Translations under genes and position numbers: made by a program | From: an uncultured beta proteobacterium | GTDB taxonomy: Bacteria > Pseudomonadota > Gammaproteobacteria > Burkholderiales > JACQAP01 | Length of the DNA stretch: 64,000 nucleotides | Assembly: GCA_963846655.1 (NCBI GenBank) | Contig: CAWJWT010000002.1 | Coordinates: 519,376 to 583,375, forward strand | Direction of reading: 5' to 3' | The notes under the pieces: generated by a model | The model's input: only the letters and a program-made list of their open reading frames with translations | What the model was told of the DNA's origin: nothing | Database searches by the model: none | Part shown: positions 31,922 to 40,549 of the stretch, in pieces | How positions within the stretch are numbered: position 1 is the stretch's first letter | Layout: every line of letters starts with the position of its first letter

Positions 31922-32926
31922 ATGAAGAAGAATCTGCAACACGCTTTGATCGCCGCGGGCGTTGCTGCCGTGGCGACGCTGGCCGCGCCGGTGGCACAGG
32001 CGCAGCAATATTCGGTCTGGCTGGTCGAGAACAGCCGGTTCATGAATGTGCCTTACGGGGCGTTCATGCCCGATCGCGCATTCGTTCCGGGCAGCACCAG
32101 CAAGTTCAACAACATCAACCTGATCGACCTGCCGGTTAATGTCGGTGTCATCAAGGGAATGGTCAATGGCAAACAGGAAGTCATTCTCGCGGACGCCGGC
32201 TGGAAACAGCAGGATTACCTGAAGATGACCGGCAGCGGACATTATTCGGCCGTTGTCGATCAGCTCAAGTTGCTGGGCATTTCCGCCGATCAGGTCACCA
32301 AGATTGTCGTGGGTCACGGCCACTGGGATCACGCGGGCAGCCTGAGCGATTTCCCTAACGCGGTGCTGTACATCCAGAAGAAGGAACTGGAAGGCATCGA
32401 ATGGGCGCTCAACTACCCGAACCCGCGCATCAGCGCACACAACCTGTCGCCCGGCGGCTGCTATCGCACACCGGCTTGCGGCTATCCGCCCAAGACGCTC
32501 GATGAAGTGTATGGCAAGGTACTGGCCGGTAAAGCGGTGATCGTGGACGGCGAGTATGACGTGTTGCCGGGTGTCAAGATTCACCCGGCATTCCATTCGC
32601 ACACCGCCGGCGCGCAACTGCTGGAAGTCAGAACCGGCACGTCGGTTGGAACACTGGTCTTCGGCAGCGACACTTATTCGTCCTGGCAGGGCATTCGCGA
32701 CTGGATGATCGCCAATCCGCAAAGCAGTGCTGATACGGCGCAACAGTTTCTCGCCTACGAAAAGTGCTACAAGCTGACCGGCGGCTATAACAACTGCATT
32801 TCCGGTCACGAGCCGACCTCCTACACCAAGGATTACCCGATTACGGCAAATTCCTGGGTAGGCGGCAACGGCGCGCGGTTGGCGGAAATTACGCTGGCTC
32901 CGGGCGAGAGCTCCAAGAAGAAGTAA
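31922..32926 (+). CDS. Exported MBL-fold hydrolase (AHL-lactonase-like family)
   Basis: Signal peptide AQA|Q, DAG, HGHWDHAG (HxHxDH), HSHTAG, GSD, SGHE; strong RBS. Confidence 0.88.
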   Translation: MKKNLQHALIAAGVAAVATLAAPVAQAQQYSVWLVENSRFMNVPYGAFMPDRAFVPGSTSKFNNINLIDLPVNVGVIKGMVNGKQEVILADAGWKQQDYLKMTGSGHYSAVVDQLKLLGISADQVTKIVVGHGHWDHAGSLSDFPNAVLYIQKKELEGIEWALNYPNPRISAHNLSPGGCYRTPACGYPPKTLDEVYGKVLAGKAVIVDGEYDVLPGVKIHPAFHSHTAGAQLLEVRTGTSVGTLVFGSDTYSSWQGIRDWMIANPQSSADTAQQFLAYEKCYKLTGGYNNCISGHEPTSYTKDYPITANSWVGGNGARLAEITLAPGESSKKK

Positions 32927-32967
32927 TTCCGGATCGACGCAGATCCTCTGATTTTGGCAAGTCGCAA

Positions 32968-33004
32968 GCGAGGAGTCGGCGGTCCCGACTCCTCGCATTT
33001 TTTT
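32968..33004 (+). terminator. Intra-cluster terminator/stabilising hairpin after the MBL gene
   Basis: GCGAGGAGTCGG-CGGTC-CCGACTCCTCGC-A-T7. Confidence 0.8.
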
Positions 33005-33019
33005 GCTCGCGCCTGACCC

Positions 33020-34186
33020 GTGTTCAATCGCGCATGGTGTTTCGCAGCATGTGTCGCTGCATTGCTGCTTGGCGGCAGGGCGGCCGAAGCGCATGACCCC
33101 AGTGCTTATGGCGGCTTGTTCCGTTCCCGTGACTTTGGCCAGACCTGGCTGAATGCCGACGCGGGTCTGTTCCTCGGCGGAGCCGTTGCCCTCGCCATCG
33201 ATCCAACTGATCCCAATCATCTGCTGCTGGGCACGACGACCAATCTACTGGTCTCCGCCAACGGAGGGCGTACGTGGAATAAAGAGGCGCCGGCAAAGCT
33301 CTCCGGGGCCGTCTTCGCAGTCAGCTTTTTGCCGGACGGGCGATCTGCGCTCTGTGTGACACCTGCCGGCGTGTTTCGCTCCGAGAATGGGGCTTGGCTG
33401 CAAGCGGATGCGCCCGCCGAAGCGGCGCCGGCCCGCGCCATCGTGCCGGGTGTCGAAGCAAAGCAAATTTATTTGATCGGACGCCGCGATTTGTTTCGCA
33501 GCGACGACGGCGGACACCGGTGGAGCCGGGTCGAGCACGCAATGGAGGAACAGCCGGAGTTTACCGAACTGCTGGTGGCTGGCGATGGCCGGGAAACGCT
33601 CTACGCGATTGTGGGCGGGCGCGTGATGGCGAGCGCCGATCGCGGCCACCGGTGGCAGCGTCGCGACGCGGGACTGCCGCAGAAGGCGCTGGAAGCGCTG
33701 ACGCTGGATCGGGCGGGGCCGGCGCGTTTATGGGTCGCCGGGGGCGATCAACTCTATCTGAGCGAAGACGCCGGGGCGCACTGGAAGGCGGTGGGTGCCC
33801 CGCTGCCGGAGCCTGGCACCAGTGTGCGCGGCATTGCCGCCGACGCGGAGCGAAAGACGATCGTGCTGATGACTCACCGCGGCTTGTTGCGCAGCACCGA
33901 CGGCGCCCGAACCTGGAACATGCTCGAAGGCAATCTGCCCGTGCATCTCGAGGGCCGACCTTTGCTGCGCGACGCCTCGAGTGCCAATACCTTGTATGCG
34001 GGCTTTGCGCTGATGCCGTATGGAGAACTCTGGCGCATGGCGGTTGAGGGGGGCAATCTGCTCAATCAGCTCGATCTGACGAGCCTCGCCGGGGGGGCCG
34101 CCTTCCTGCTGTTGCTGGTCATTGCGGGCATCGTCCTGGCGCGCCGGCTGGCCCGCACCAGCCTTTCCAACGACACGAGTAAATGA
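33020..34186 (+). CDS. BNR/Asp-box beta-propeller protein (YCF48-like) with signal peptide and C-terminal TM
   Basis: Repeated S-x-D-x-G-x-x-W boxes (SRDFGQTW, SANGGRTW, SDDGGHRW, SADRGHRW, SEDAGAHW, STDGARTW). Confidence 0.85.
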   Translation: MFNRAWCFAACVAALLLGGRAAEAHDPSAYGGLFRSRDFGQTWLNADAGLFLGGAVALAIDPTDPNHLLLGTTTNLLVSANGGRTWNKEAPAKLSGAVFAVSFLPDGRSALCVTPAGVFRSENGAWLQADAPAEAAPARAIVPGVEAKQIYLIGRRDLFRSDDGGHRWSRVEHAMEEQPEFTELLVAGDGRETLYAIVGGRVMASADRGHRWQRRDAGLPQKALEALTLDRAGPARLWVAGGDQLYLSEDAGAHWKAVGAPLPEPGTSVRGIAADAERKTIVLMTHRGLLRSTDGARTWNMLEGNLPVHLEGRPLLRDASSANTLYAGFALMPYGELWRMAVEGGNLLNQLDLTSLAGGAAFLLLLVIAGIVLARRLARTSLSNDTSK

Positions 34187-35196
34187 ATAGCAAAATGAAT
34201 TCCGACCCGCGCGCGCGATCAACGAATAGCCGGCGATCCCGGTGGTATGCGGCAGTGGCCCTCAGCGTGATAGCAGGGCTCCTCGCAGCCTGGTATGTGG
34301 CCTCGCCGGCAAAACTCAGCGTCGATGAATATCCGATGCTCGACGCCAGGGACATACCGGCCGTGATCGCAGCCGGTGCAGACGGCAGTGTCTGGTTCAC
34401 CATCGATTACGCTGCGGCGATCGGACGCGTACACGAAGGTAAAATACAGCGCATCGCCAAACCTACCGTCAGTCTGGTGCCCGTTGGCCTCGCCGTCGCG
34501 GCCGACGGTGCCGCGTGGTATGCGGATTCCAATGCGCGCGAGATCGCCCGCATCACGCCGGAGGGAAAAATTTCTGCGGTCGCGCTGGGCATGCCGCTCG
34601 CGCGTCTGGGCCAAGTGGCTATCGCACCGGACGGGGGTGTCTGGTTCGCCGAAGCCACGGCATACAGCATCAGCCGGGTCAAGGATGGCAAGCTCGAGCG
34701 CCACGTCATCGACTCCGTTCGCGGCGGCCCATACGGCGTGGCCGTGGCGTCCGACGGGGTGGTGTGGGCAACCTTGCAAAGCGCCAATCAGTTGCTGCGC
34801 ATTGCGCTGGATGGAAAGATGACAACCTACGACATTCCCACGCGCGGCAGCAGCCCGACTGACATCGAAGTCGACGGCAAGGGCGCGGTATGGTTCACGC
34901 AGTTTCGCGGCAACAAAATCGGGCGATTTGCGCAGGGACGGTTTGACGAATGGCCGGTGGGCGACGATAACGCGGGCATCACCGGACTTGGCGTTGCCGG
35001 GGACGGCGCAGTGTGGTTCGGATTGTTGCGCAAAGGCAGCCTGGGGCGCTTGCGGGACGGAAAACTGAAGGAATTCAAACTGCCGCGCGAGCGCGCCCGA
35101 CCTTACAGTGTTGCCGTCGATAACAAGGGCAATGTCTGGTATACGGACCTTAGCGGTTACGTAGGAATGTTAAAGGCAGACGACGCGAGACGATAG
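34183..35196 (+). CDS. Vgb (streptogramin lyase)-like beta-propeller protein with N-terminal TM anchor
   Basis: Repeats of the type (A/G)xDGxVWF...IxRI; ATGA overlap with the upstream gene. Confidence 0.82.
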   Translation: MNSKMNSDPRARSTNSRRSRWYAAVALSVIAGLLAAWYVASPAKLSVDEYPMLDARDIPAVIAAGADGSVWFTIDYAAAIGRVHEGKIQRIAKPTVSLVPVGLAVAADGAAWYADSNAREIARITPEGKISAVALGMPLARLGQVAIAPDGGVWFAEATAYSISRVKDGKLERHVIDSVRGGPYGVAVASDGVVWATLQSANQLLRIALDGKMTTYDIPTRGSSPTDIEVDGKGAVWFTQFRGNKIGRFAQGRFDEWPVGDDNAGITGLGVAGDGAVWFGLLRKGSLGRLRDGKLKEFKLPRERARPYSVAVDNKGNVWYTDLSGYVGMLKADDARR

Positions 35197-35241
35197 CGGG
35201 TCGTGCACGCGCGCGGCGAGCGCGGGGGCGTTTGTCGCCGT

Positions 35242-36135
35242 TCAGGCCAGCGAGCGAAGCGTGCTCCATGCGCGTAGCGAGAGAATCACACCGACGATCA
35301 CGATCAACAACGACGTGCCCACCTGCAAACGCATGGCCCACGGACCCGCCAGCCAGTCCAGAATGCGCTGCCCGACCTTTGCGGCAACGACGCCAACGAT
35401 GACCAGCGTCATGGCGAAACCCACGCTGAACACCACCACCGTACCCAATCCAAGCATGACTTTGCCTTGCGCCAGCGCATTGAGCAAAATGGCGAGGGCG
35501 GCGGGGTCGGGCAACAGTCCGCCGGCAATGCCGAGGCCGATCAATATCCAGAGGCTCGGCCGATTGGTGGTGGCAAGCTTCAGATCGTGCGTGTGTTTGA
35601 ATCCCCAGCCATGGCTGTGGTAACCGGCCTCATCGTGTTGATGCTGCGCATGCTGGCCAGGGCCGTGCGAATGACCGTGCGCGTGCGCAGCATCGTGGAC
35701 ATGGTCGCGGGCAGGTTGATGTGCAAGGGCAAGCGCGCGATCCTGGCCAGGCAATCGAAAGTGCATCGGCGCCGAGGCCTGTGCAGGGACCGCACCGGCA
35801 GGAGCAATACCCTGCAATTGCAGAATCAACTCGCGCTGTGTCCATAATGTCCACAAGCCGATGGCGATCACCAATACTCCGGTAATCAACGCCAGCCAGC
35901 CTTCAATGCGCAGCGTGCCCATGCCCGGCATGCCCAGAGACGCAAGGATGCCGACCAGCACGATGCCGCTGGTATGCGACAGCGTCACGAAAATGCCGAG
36001 AATGACCGCGTCGACGGGACGTCCACGGGCGCCCACAATGTATGCAGCGGCAATGGTCTTGCCGTGTCCGGGCGTAGCGGCATGCACTGCGCCGATCCAG
36101 AACGCGGACGCAAGATAAATCACGGCATCGATCAT
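35242..36135 (-). CDS. RcnA-like Ni/Co transporter with His-rich loop
   Basis: GAVHAATPGHGKT, VTLSHTSG, long His-rich loop, GGLLPDPAA, FSVGFA. Confidence 0.87.
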   Translation of the reverse strand: MIDAVIYLASAFWIGAVHAATPGHGKTIAAAYIVGARGRPVDAVILGIFVTLSHTSGIVLVGILASLGMPGMGTLRIEGWLALITGVLVIAIGLWTLWTQRELILQLQGIAPAGAVPAQASAPMHFRLPGQDRALALAHQPARDHVHDAAHAHGHSHGPGQHAQHQHDEAGYHSHGWGFKHTHDLKLATTNRPSLWILIGLGIAGGLLPDPAALAILLNALAQGKVMLGLGTVVVFSVGFAMTLVIVGVVAAKVGQRILDWLAGPWAMRLQVGTSLLIVIVGVILSLRAWSTLRSLA

Positions 36136-36180
36136 GGGGAGATGAAACGGATGAATCGCTTTGTTCGAAGGGCCGGGGCG

Positions 36181-36209
36181 AGAATAGGTGTGGGGCTCCG
36201 CGCTGTCAA
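36181..36209 (-). promoter_or_regulatory. Putative sigma70 promoter of the rcnA-like gene
   Basis: Minus strand TTGACA-N17-TATTCT. Confidence 0.6.
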
Positions 36210-36321
36210 GCCGGCCAGGCAGCGGTAGCAACCGGTTTACGCTACAGTCCCGAATCAGTCGCGCTGTGAACGGCGGCACGGCGCTGTTGCACGCTCACGC
36301 CCTGCCATGAGGAAACCATAG

Positions 36322-37767
36322 ATGCGCCGCATGTTGATGCTCTTGTCGCTGCTTGCCGCGTGCAACGGTGCTGCTGCCGATACGCGCAAGGGCTACGAAG
36401 CCTATAGCGCCGGCAATTACCAGAGCGCGGTCGAAGAATTTCGCGCGTCCGCAGAACAGGGCGATGCGCTGGCGATGTTCTATCTGGGCGAGAGTTATTT
36501 CAACGGCCGCGGCGTGGTGCAGGATTTCGCCGAGGGCATCAAGTGGTACCGGCAGGCGGCGGCGAAAGGGCAGGTTGAAGCGCAAGAAACCCTGGGCGGG
36601 CTTTATTTTTTCGGCAAGGGCGCCGCGCAGGACTACGCGGAAGCGGCGAAGTGGTACGCGATGGCTGCCGCCCAGGGCAAGGCTTATGCACAGTACCTGC
36701 TCGGCTACATGTACGACCTTGGCAAAGGCGTCGCCCAGGATCAGGCGCAGGCAGCCCAGTGGTTCCGCAAGGCCGCGGAGCAAGGCAATGCCGATGCGCA
36801 GGAAAGTCTGGCTTCGTTATTGTTTTTCGGCCGCGGCGTTCCACAGGATTATGCCGAAGCCGCGAAGTGGTACGCCAAAGTCGCCGAACAGGGTCGCGCT
36901 TATCCTCAATACCTGATGGGGTGGATGTACGACCAGGGCCGCGGCGTGCAGCAGGATTTCGCCAAAGCTGCAGAGTGGTATCGCAAAGCTGCTGAACAAA
37001 ATGATGCGCGCGCGCAGGCCAGCCTCGGCTTTCTCTACTATGCAGGCAAAGGGGTTGCGCAGGACCAGGCGACGGCCGTGAAGTGGTTGCACAACGCGGC
37101 GGCGCAGGATGAAACTTCGGCTTACGCGGGTCTGGCGTGGGCCTACTATCAAGGCAAGGGCGCCGAGCAGGACTATGCGCAGGCGGTGAAGTGGTTCCGT
37201 AAGGCCGCGCAGGCAGGCGACGCGCAATCGGCGTATACGCTGGGTTATCTGTTGGAAGACGGCAAAGGTGTCGCGGCGGATGGGGCTGAAGCGGCCAGGT
37301 GGTATGAGAAGGCTGCCGAAGCAGGCCTGTCGGAAGCCATGGAAAGCCTGGGCGCCTTGTATTTTTTTGGCAAAGGCGTAACGCAGGATTATGCCGCAGC
37401 GGCCAATTGGTATAAGCGTCCTGCCGAGAAAGGCAGCGCCTATGCGCAATATCTCCTCGGCTACTTGTACGAAGAAGGCAAAGGCGTTGCCGCCGATTCC
37501 GCGCAAGCAATGAAATGGTATGGCCTTGCGGCGGAACAAGGCGAGCCGCGCGCGCAAAGCCACCTGGGCTGGATGCTCTGGGAAGGCAAGGGCGCAGCGA
37601 AAGATGCGGTGAAAGCACACATGTGGAGCAACCTCGCCGCATCGCAACTCAGCGGTGAAGAAGCGGAGCGTGTGCGCAAGGTGCGCGATTTCATCGCCTC
37701 GAGCCTTACGCCCGATCAACTGGCGCAAGCGCAGGAATTGGCCCGCAATTGGCGACCCCGCAAATAA
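36322..37767 (+). CDS. Exported Sel1-like repeat protein (about 11 repeats)
   Basis: 36-aa repeats AQ..LG..Y..G.GV.QD...A..WY.KAAEQG, with a signal peptide. Confidence 0.95.
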   Translation: MRRMLMLLSLLAACNGAAADTRKGYEAYSAGNYQSAVEEFRASAEQGDALAMFYLGESYFNGRGVVQDFAEGIKWYRQAAAKGQVEAQETLGGLYFFGKGAAQDYAEAAKWYAMAAAQGKAYAQYLLGYMYDLGKGVAQDQAQAAQWFRKAAEQGNADAQESLASLLFFGRGVPQDYAEAAKWYAKVAEQGRAYPQYLMGWMYDQGRGVQQDFAKAAEWYRKAAEQNDARAQASLGFLYYAGKGVAQDQATAVKWLHNAAAQDETSAYAGLAWAYYQGKGAEQDYAQAVKWFRKAAQAGDAQSAYTLGYLLEDGKGVAADGAEAARWYEKAAEAGLSEAMESLGALYFFGKGVTQDYAAAANWYKRPAEKGSAYAQYLLGYLYEEGKGVAADSAQAMKWYGLAAEQGEPRAQSHLGWMLWEGKGAAKDAVKAHMWSNLAASQLSGEEAERVRKVRDFIASSLTPDQLAQAQELARNWRPRK

Positions 37768-37862
37768 ATGACTTTGGTGTCACGGCACTGCTAAGCAGCG
37801 GCGGCCGGCGCGCGCGTCAGGCGTTACCCACTGCATGGCGGCGTCAGTTTCTGTTACAAAAT

Positions 37863-39041
37863 TTACTTTACACGATATTTCTTGAGCACTTTGGCATCCA
37901 GGTCCATGCCCAGGCCAGGTCGATCGGACAACGTGATATTGCCTTTCCTGTCCACGAGCAAGGGATCCGTTACCAGTTCATCCATGAGGGCATGAGCCGG
38001 AAATACGGTTTCGGCCATGGAGCCGTTGCGCACCGCGCCCAGCAGGTGCACCGCTGCCGCCACGGCCACGGCGGAGCCGTGGATGTGCGGTGCGATGGGC
38101 AGATTTGCGGCCTGTGCCATGTGCGCGATCTTCAATGTTTCTGTAATGCCGCCAGCCCAGGCCACATCGGGCTGCACGAAATGCACCGCGCGCGCAGCAA
38201 TATAGTCATTGAAATCGACGATGCCATAGCTGCAGGTTTCGTACCCCGCTACGGCAATGCCAACTTTCGCGGCCACTTCGGCGCTACCGCGCAAGTCGTC
38301 CGGTGAAACGGGCTCCTCATACCAATAAATGTCATGGCGTTCCATCGCGCGGCCCATGCGCACCGCGGTAGGCACATCCCACGCGCCATTCGCATCCACC
38401 ATGAGTTTGACGGCGGGACCCACTGCCGCTCGCACTGCGGCAACGCGTTTCAAGTCCTGTTCCAGCGTAACTTCGCATATGCCGGCATTGTCCATCACGC
38501 GCAGCGGTGAAAGCTCGATCCCGGCATTGCGGCCGACTTTCATTTTGACCGCGCGAAATCCATGTTTGACATAAGCTTCCATCTCCCGCGACAGTTCCTT
38601 GATACCCTTGCCTCGTGAATAGAATCCGCCCGTTGCATAGGCAGGCACGCGCTGGCGGTAACCGCCGAGCAATCGCCACAACGGCATGCCCGCCATCTTG
38701 CCGCGCAAATCCCAAAGCGCTATGTCGATGCCGCTGATAGCCGCGATGACGATGCCGCCCCGCGCATGTTTGTAGGCGCGCCGGTGCATCATCTCCCAGA
38801 GGTACTCGATGTTGCGCGGGTCCTGACCGATCAGGTAGTTGCGCAATTCATTTTCGATGACTTGTGAAGTCGATGCCATCGGCCCGCCGAAATGCGCGGC
38901 TTCGCCCAATCCGACAAGGCCCTGATCTGTTTCGACTTCGACGAGCAGCGCCGGCTTTGTCGCCATGGTGTAGTTGGCGTCGTAGACGGGTTGCGGGAGC
39001 CTCACTTCGACAGCGAGCGTGCGAACGTCTGTAATGCGCAT
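37863..39041 (-). CDS. Mandelate racemase/muconate-lactonizing enzyme family (enolase superfamily)
   Basis: ISGIDIALWDLRGK, KMKVG, MVDAN, YEEP, GYE, QPD...GG. Confidence 0.92.
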   Translation of the reverse strand: MRITDVRTLAVEVRLPQPVYDANYTMATKPALLVEVETDQGLVGLGEAAHFGGPMASTSQVIENELRNYLIGQDPRNIEYLWEMMHRRAYKHARGGIVIAAISGIDIALWDLRGKMAGMPLWRLLGGYRQRVPAYATGGFYSRGKGIKELSREMEAYVKHGFRAVKMKVGRNAGIELSPLRVMDNAGICEVTLEQDLKRVAAVRAAVGPAVKLMVDANGAWDVPTAVRMGRAMERHDIYWYEEPVSPDDLRGSAEVAAKVGIAVAGYETCSYGIVDFNDYIAARAVHFVQPDVAWAGGITETLKIAHMAQAANLPIAPHIHGSAVAVAAAVHLLGAVRNGSMAETVFPAHALMDELVTDPLLVDRKGNITLSDRPGLGMDLDAKVLKKYRVK

Positions 39042-39164
39042 GGCTTAAACCTTTTTTGAATGCTTGTGTGGAATATTTTATCGCGGCAATCGCGCTGCTG
39101 AAAAAATAAGCAGCCCTAACGGGAACATCAGTTGTAATACTGAGTCGCGCAGATTGCCAGAGCG

Positions 39165-39199
39165 CAATCCACAAGGTTATCCACAGAATTTGTGGATAT
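39165..39199. promoter_or_regulatory. DnaA-box triplet in DARS-like arrangement
   Basis: CAATCCACA-agg-TTATCCACA-gaatt-TGTGGATAT: two tandem boxes plus one inverted box. Confidence 0.75.
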
Positions 39200-39554
39200 T
39201 AATTTTTCCGAAAGTTGTTTGCGATTCACCGTCCAACCACGCATTCTTGTCGGGGTTGAGCGACAGTATGCACCGGGTGCAGTGTTGCACCGATCTGACC
39301 GCGCGCACACGAGCGCCTTTAGATATGATGCGCGACGTTAGCGCTGCGCCATTAGCGACGATTCAGAGCCGCTGGCGGCAATGGGTGCGCTTATTTGCGC
39401 CGCATAATGCAACACGCAGGAACGCTCGGGCGTTATCACCAGGGTAGTCGTTTGTCCCGCAAGTGGATGCTAACTCGTGCGGGGGTGTGGACTGCGTTGC
39501 GGTGAGCGGGCAACCCGGACATGCCGCTTCATCATTTGCCAGGGAGATTTTCCG

Positions 39555-40397
39555 TTGCCCCGATTTGCTGCCAATCTGCATTATCTGTTCAGTGAGTGGC
39601 CCTTTCTGGACCGCTTCGAGGCGGCTGCAGCCGCCGGCTTCGAGGCCGTGGAGTTTCAGGTGCCCTACGACTATCCGGCTGCCGAATTGACGGCTCGGCT
39701 GCGGTCAAATGGTCTGCAGATGGTGCTGTTCGATGCGCCAATGGGTGACTGGAATCGCGGCGACCGCGGCCTTGCCGCCGTGCCAGGCAGGGAAAAAGAG
39801 TTTCGCGACAGCCTTGCGCAGGTTATCGAGTACGGTTCTGCGCTGGCGTGCGACACCGTGCATCTGATGGCCGGCGTGGTCGGTCCGGGCCAGGATTACG
39901 GCACGGCGGAGCGCACCTATCTCGCGAATCTGGCGCATGCCGCCGTTGTGCTGGGCGAGCATGGCATGACAGGTGTCATAGAACCGATCAATAAGAAAAT
40001 GGGCATCGTGCAGAATGGCCCCAGCTACACGACGCAGGGCATGCACGGTTATTTCTTGAATCACACGGACCATGCGCGCCGTGTGCTCGACCAGATTGGC
40101 AGCCCGTATCTGCGCCTGCATCTGGATTGCTATCACATGCAGATGCTCGAAGGGCATCTTGCCGAAACCATTCGCGAACATATCAAATTGCTGCGGCATG
40201 TCCAGATCGCCGGCGTACCCGGCCGGCACGAGCCGGACGTCGGAGAAATCAATTATCCCTATCTTTTCGATCTGCTCGATGAATTGGGTTATCAGGGCTG
40301 GGTTGGCTGCGAATACCGGCCACAGCGCGATACCCTGGCCGGCCTGCGCTGGGCCGCTCCCTTCGGCATTAACGCGGGAACCGCCCGCCGGTCGTAA
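39555..40397 (+). CDS. Hydroxypyruvate isomerase family (Hyi/OtnI-like) TIM barrel
   Basis: PRFAANL, DRFEAAAAAGF.AVE, EPIN, DCYHMQ..EG, HVQIAGVPGRHEP, GWVGCEY; TTG start after AGGGAG. Confidence 0.92.
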   Translation: MPRFAANLHYLFSEWPFLDRFEAAAAAGFEAVEFQVPYDYPAAELTARLRSNGLQMVLFDAPMGDWNRGDRGLAAVPGREKEFRDSLAQVIEYGSALACDTVHLMAGVVGPGQDYGTAERTYLANLAHAAVVLGEHGMTGVIEPINKKMGIVQNGPSYTTQGMHGYFLNHTDHARRVLDQIGSPYLRLHLDCYHMQMLEGHLAETIREHIKLLRHVQIAGVPGRHEPDVGEINYPYLFDLLDELGYQGWVGCEYRPQRDTLAGLRWAAPFGINAGTARRS

Positions 40398-40422
40398 ACG
40401 CTAACTGCAGCATCGTTGCGGC

Positions 40423-40453
40423 AAAAAAAAGAGGGGTGCTTGCGCACCCCTCT
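40423..40453 (-). terminator. Rho-independent terminator (minus strand, possibly bidirectional)
   Basis: Minus strand AGAGGGGTGC-GCAA-GCACCCCTCT followed by a T run. Confidence 0.85.
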
Positions 40454-40500
40454 GAACCACGTAATTCAATCTGTGAAGAGAGTTACGTGGGGGAGGACCG
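40423..40500 (-). ncRNA. Candidate CU-rich (anti-SD) double-hairpin small RNA
   Basis: Minus strand GGTCCTCCCCCACGTAAC-TCTCTTCACAGATTGA-ATTACGTGG-TTCAG followed by the terminator. Confidence 0.45.
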
Positions 40501-40549
40501 TTTTCCCATCGCGCCACGTTCCTGTGCGTGGTCCGCGTGCCCGATCGCG

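Noticed and set aside
31289-33220. 643-aa minus-strand ORF (likewise 44002-45876, 9813-10799, 56466-57779 and others)
   Set aside because: These are antisense shadows of real genes, expected in high-GC DNA, with no recognisable motifs.
34183-35196. Streptogramin B resistance gene vgb
   Set aside because: Only fold-level similarity. It has a TM anchor and no visible catalytic His motif.
39060-39220. Replication origin oriC
   Set aside because: Only 3-4 boxes, no recognisable DUE repeats and no dnaA, dnaN or gidA neighbours. The geometry fits a DARS-like site better, but GC skew is needed to exclude oriC fully.
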